Shown one piece after another: positions 62,306 through 64,000 of a stretch of DNA of 64,000 bases. This DNA is from Candidatus Poribacteria bacterium (lineage in GTDB: Bacteria; Poribacteria; WGA-4E; WGA-3G): contig CAXXUA010000004.1 of NCBI GenBank assembly GCA_963663765.2, positions 704,001-768,000 on the forward strand, given 5' to 3'. The notes under the pieces were generated by a model. It ran no database searches, was not told the origin of the DNA, and was given only the letters and a program-made list of their open reading frames with translations. The stretch's first letter is position 1, and the number at the start of each line of letters is the position of its first letter. Both the position numbers and the translations under genes were made by a program.

Positions 62306-63566
62306 CTCCCTTATTTTGTTCCTGTGTAATTACATCTGCATGAGTTGATTTAAGTACATCTCCTCTTTTTAAGTCAAATGTTTTTTCGACTATTTTCACG
62401 ATAGAAAGACGGTCATTACGGATTTCAACAACAGCGACAGTAGCGATTTTCTTTTTAACATAATCAAGTATATCACCAGTGTCAACATCTCGAATGGGTT
62501 GAGCATCTGTGTAGACATCAAACTTTTGGTCAATTGCTAAACCCCTTGCTGAACCAGCATTTATGTATATCATATCAGGATTTTCGCTATCAACATAGGT
62601 GATTTTGATGGGTCGTTTTATAGCTTCTTCATCAACTTTCATTTCTTGGTCACCATTTTCAGTAGGTTCATCCCAAGGTGTGATAAAGTTTGGTCCGTAG
62701 TTGTCCCTGAGTGCAAGCACAACCTTGATGAGAGCTTCATTTGTGACCATCCCAAGGAGGGTTCTATCATATTCAGGAGATGCGAATCTGATTTTATTCA
62801 GTTCTGTTGGTTTTGCAATTGGACGAACATTTGTACCTTTTTTCTCAGAAGTCATACCGAACCGTAGGTCTGTTCCAGCTTCTGTGACCGAGGCTTGTAA
62901 TCCTGATACTTGTGTACCAGCAAGACTGTGATAGCGAGTTTCTGAAATGGGTACTGTAGTTACTTCACTTCCTGATGCTTCATAGAATTTCACATTTAGT
63001 TTGACGAATGCCTTGTATCTATATGCTAATGCAGCGAAACCTGTCATATAACTTGCTGAAATAGGTGCGGAGGTGGATTCTCTCCCGCTCTCAGTCAAAC
63101 TTCGTGAAGCGTTGGCTCTCATGCGCGACTGATTGAATTTTTGAATTTCACCGAGAACGATAGCGTCAGCTTTGAGAAGTTTTGCGATTTTGGCGCGTTG
63201 TTCTTTATTTAGTTTTTTGAGATCATGTCGAGATAATGACATTTGTGCCATTGCATCCAGTAGTTCATCCCGTGATATGGGTTGGTATACGGTTGTTTCT
63301 GCAAGCTTGCGATTTAAGATTGTTGCGAATCCAGATTCTAAATCCCATTTTTTCTTTGTTCCAAAAATTCTCCCAATGAAGTTTGGTATACATCCACACC
63401 CCGTTGATGAATCAAATCGACTATTGTCTTCAAAGTATAGGACTGCTATTCGTTTTGTGGATGGATGAGTATTTGGTTGTGTTGTGGTCTTGCTATATGC
63501 CTCATGTCCGAATAGCAGGCACGTGCTAAATACTATCAATAGTATTGAAAGAAATAATCGTTTCAT
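62283..63566 (-). CDS. exported CsgG/FlgT-like protein
   Basis: Signal peptide; KRIAVLYFED; KADAIVLGEI; IYINAGSARGL...RDVDTGDIL (FlgT-C-like). Confidence 0.65.
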   Translation of the reverse strand: MKRLFLSILLIVFSTCLLFGHEAYSKTTTQPNTHPSTKRIAVLYFEDNSRFDSSTGCGCIPNFIGRIFGTKKKWDLESGFATILNRKLAETTVYQPISRDELLDAMAQMSLSRHDLKKLNKEQRAKIAKLLKADAIVLGEIQKFNQSRMRANASRSLTESGRESTSAPISASYMTGFAALAYRYKAFVKLNVKFYEASGSEVTTVPISETRYHSLAGTQVSGLQASVTEAGTDLRFGMTSEKKGTNVRPIAKPTELNKIRFASPEYDRTLLGMVTNEALIKVVLALRDNYGPNFITPWDEPTENGDQEMKVDEEAIKRPIKITYVDSENPDMIYINAGSARGLAIDQKFDVYTDAQPIRDVDTGDILDYVKKKIATVAVVEIRNDRLSIVKIVEKTFDLKRGDVLKSTHADVITQEQNKGDDNSEIQ

Positions 63567-63727
63567 TTCAGTTTACCTCATTGTTCGATATTTGAATTTT
63601 TGCATGTACCCGGAAGATTCTATGGTTAATTGAGAATAATAATGTTTGTGCTGTAAATCTAACATATAGAGGTGTTTCATCATTTTACTAATATAACAGC
63701 ATTAACAACTTATATCAAGTTAAATCA

Positions 63728-64000
63728 GCAGGGCTATTCAGTTTTAAGAATCTATCGTTATTCCAGTTAACTTTGGGTTAAGATAAGTGAATATATAGGG
63801 ATTATTGTTGTATTCTTTATTAACGTCTAAACCAGGATTTTCAAGATTAGTAGATTATCAAGATATTTCTCATCAGATCCTATTCCAAAAGAGGCCATAA
63901 ACACATATCAAAAACCCTTGACAAGGTAAATCCTGAAAATCTGGTAATCCTGAAAATCCTGGTTCAGAAAAAGAATGGGTTAACTCCCAAAAATAAGCTA
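63728..64000. mobile_element. copy of the 23730-24060 MITE, cut by the window end
   Basis: CAGGGCTATTCAGTTTT start and colinear high identity. Confidence 0.85.

Overview
AT-rich bacterial DNA, probably Candidatus Poribacteria (inferred from LRR/dockerin-tailed secreted proteins, an 'AVE..GKL.T.W..LK' C-terminal tag, an ECF sigma factor with a long extracellular extension and REP/MITE-rich intergenic DNA). Bases 1-4403 are the trailer part of a CRISPR array (30-bp repeat, about 66 spacers by hand count; no cas genes in the window). An accessory, defence-like island follows (4.5-13.6 kb): a HEPN-motif protein, a coupled proteasome-beta-like Ntn peptidase / antitoxin / RelE-ParE toxin operon behind a structured leader, Uma2, an IS630-split LRR gene, an HhH protein and tyrosine-recombinase remnants. 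Next, housekeeping genes (sucC, pgk, proS, sucD) are interleaved with Rpn, DUF433 fragments, a retropepsin pair and nuclease-like genes. Then come a sulfatase, an Fe-ADH/PQQ-propeller/HemN-like radical SAM/CoA-ligase/halogenase cluster, tRNA-Phe and tRNA-Thr, DsbD, a PorX-like protein with a degenerate receiver, GlcE, an IS701-split lectin gene with a lectin-fused ECF sigma factor, a Fur-boxed porin/imelysin/di-heme iron-uptake locus and XylF. Several MITE families occur, some with clear target-site duplications. All product calls come from motif recognition by eye; no database searches were run.
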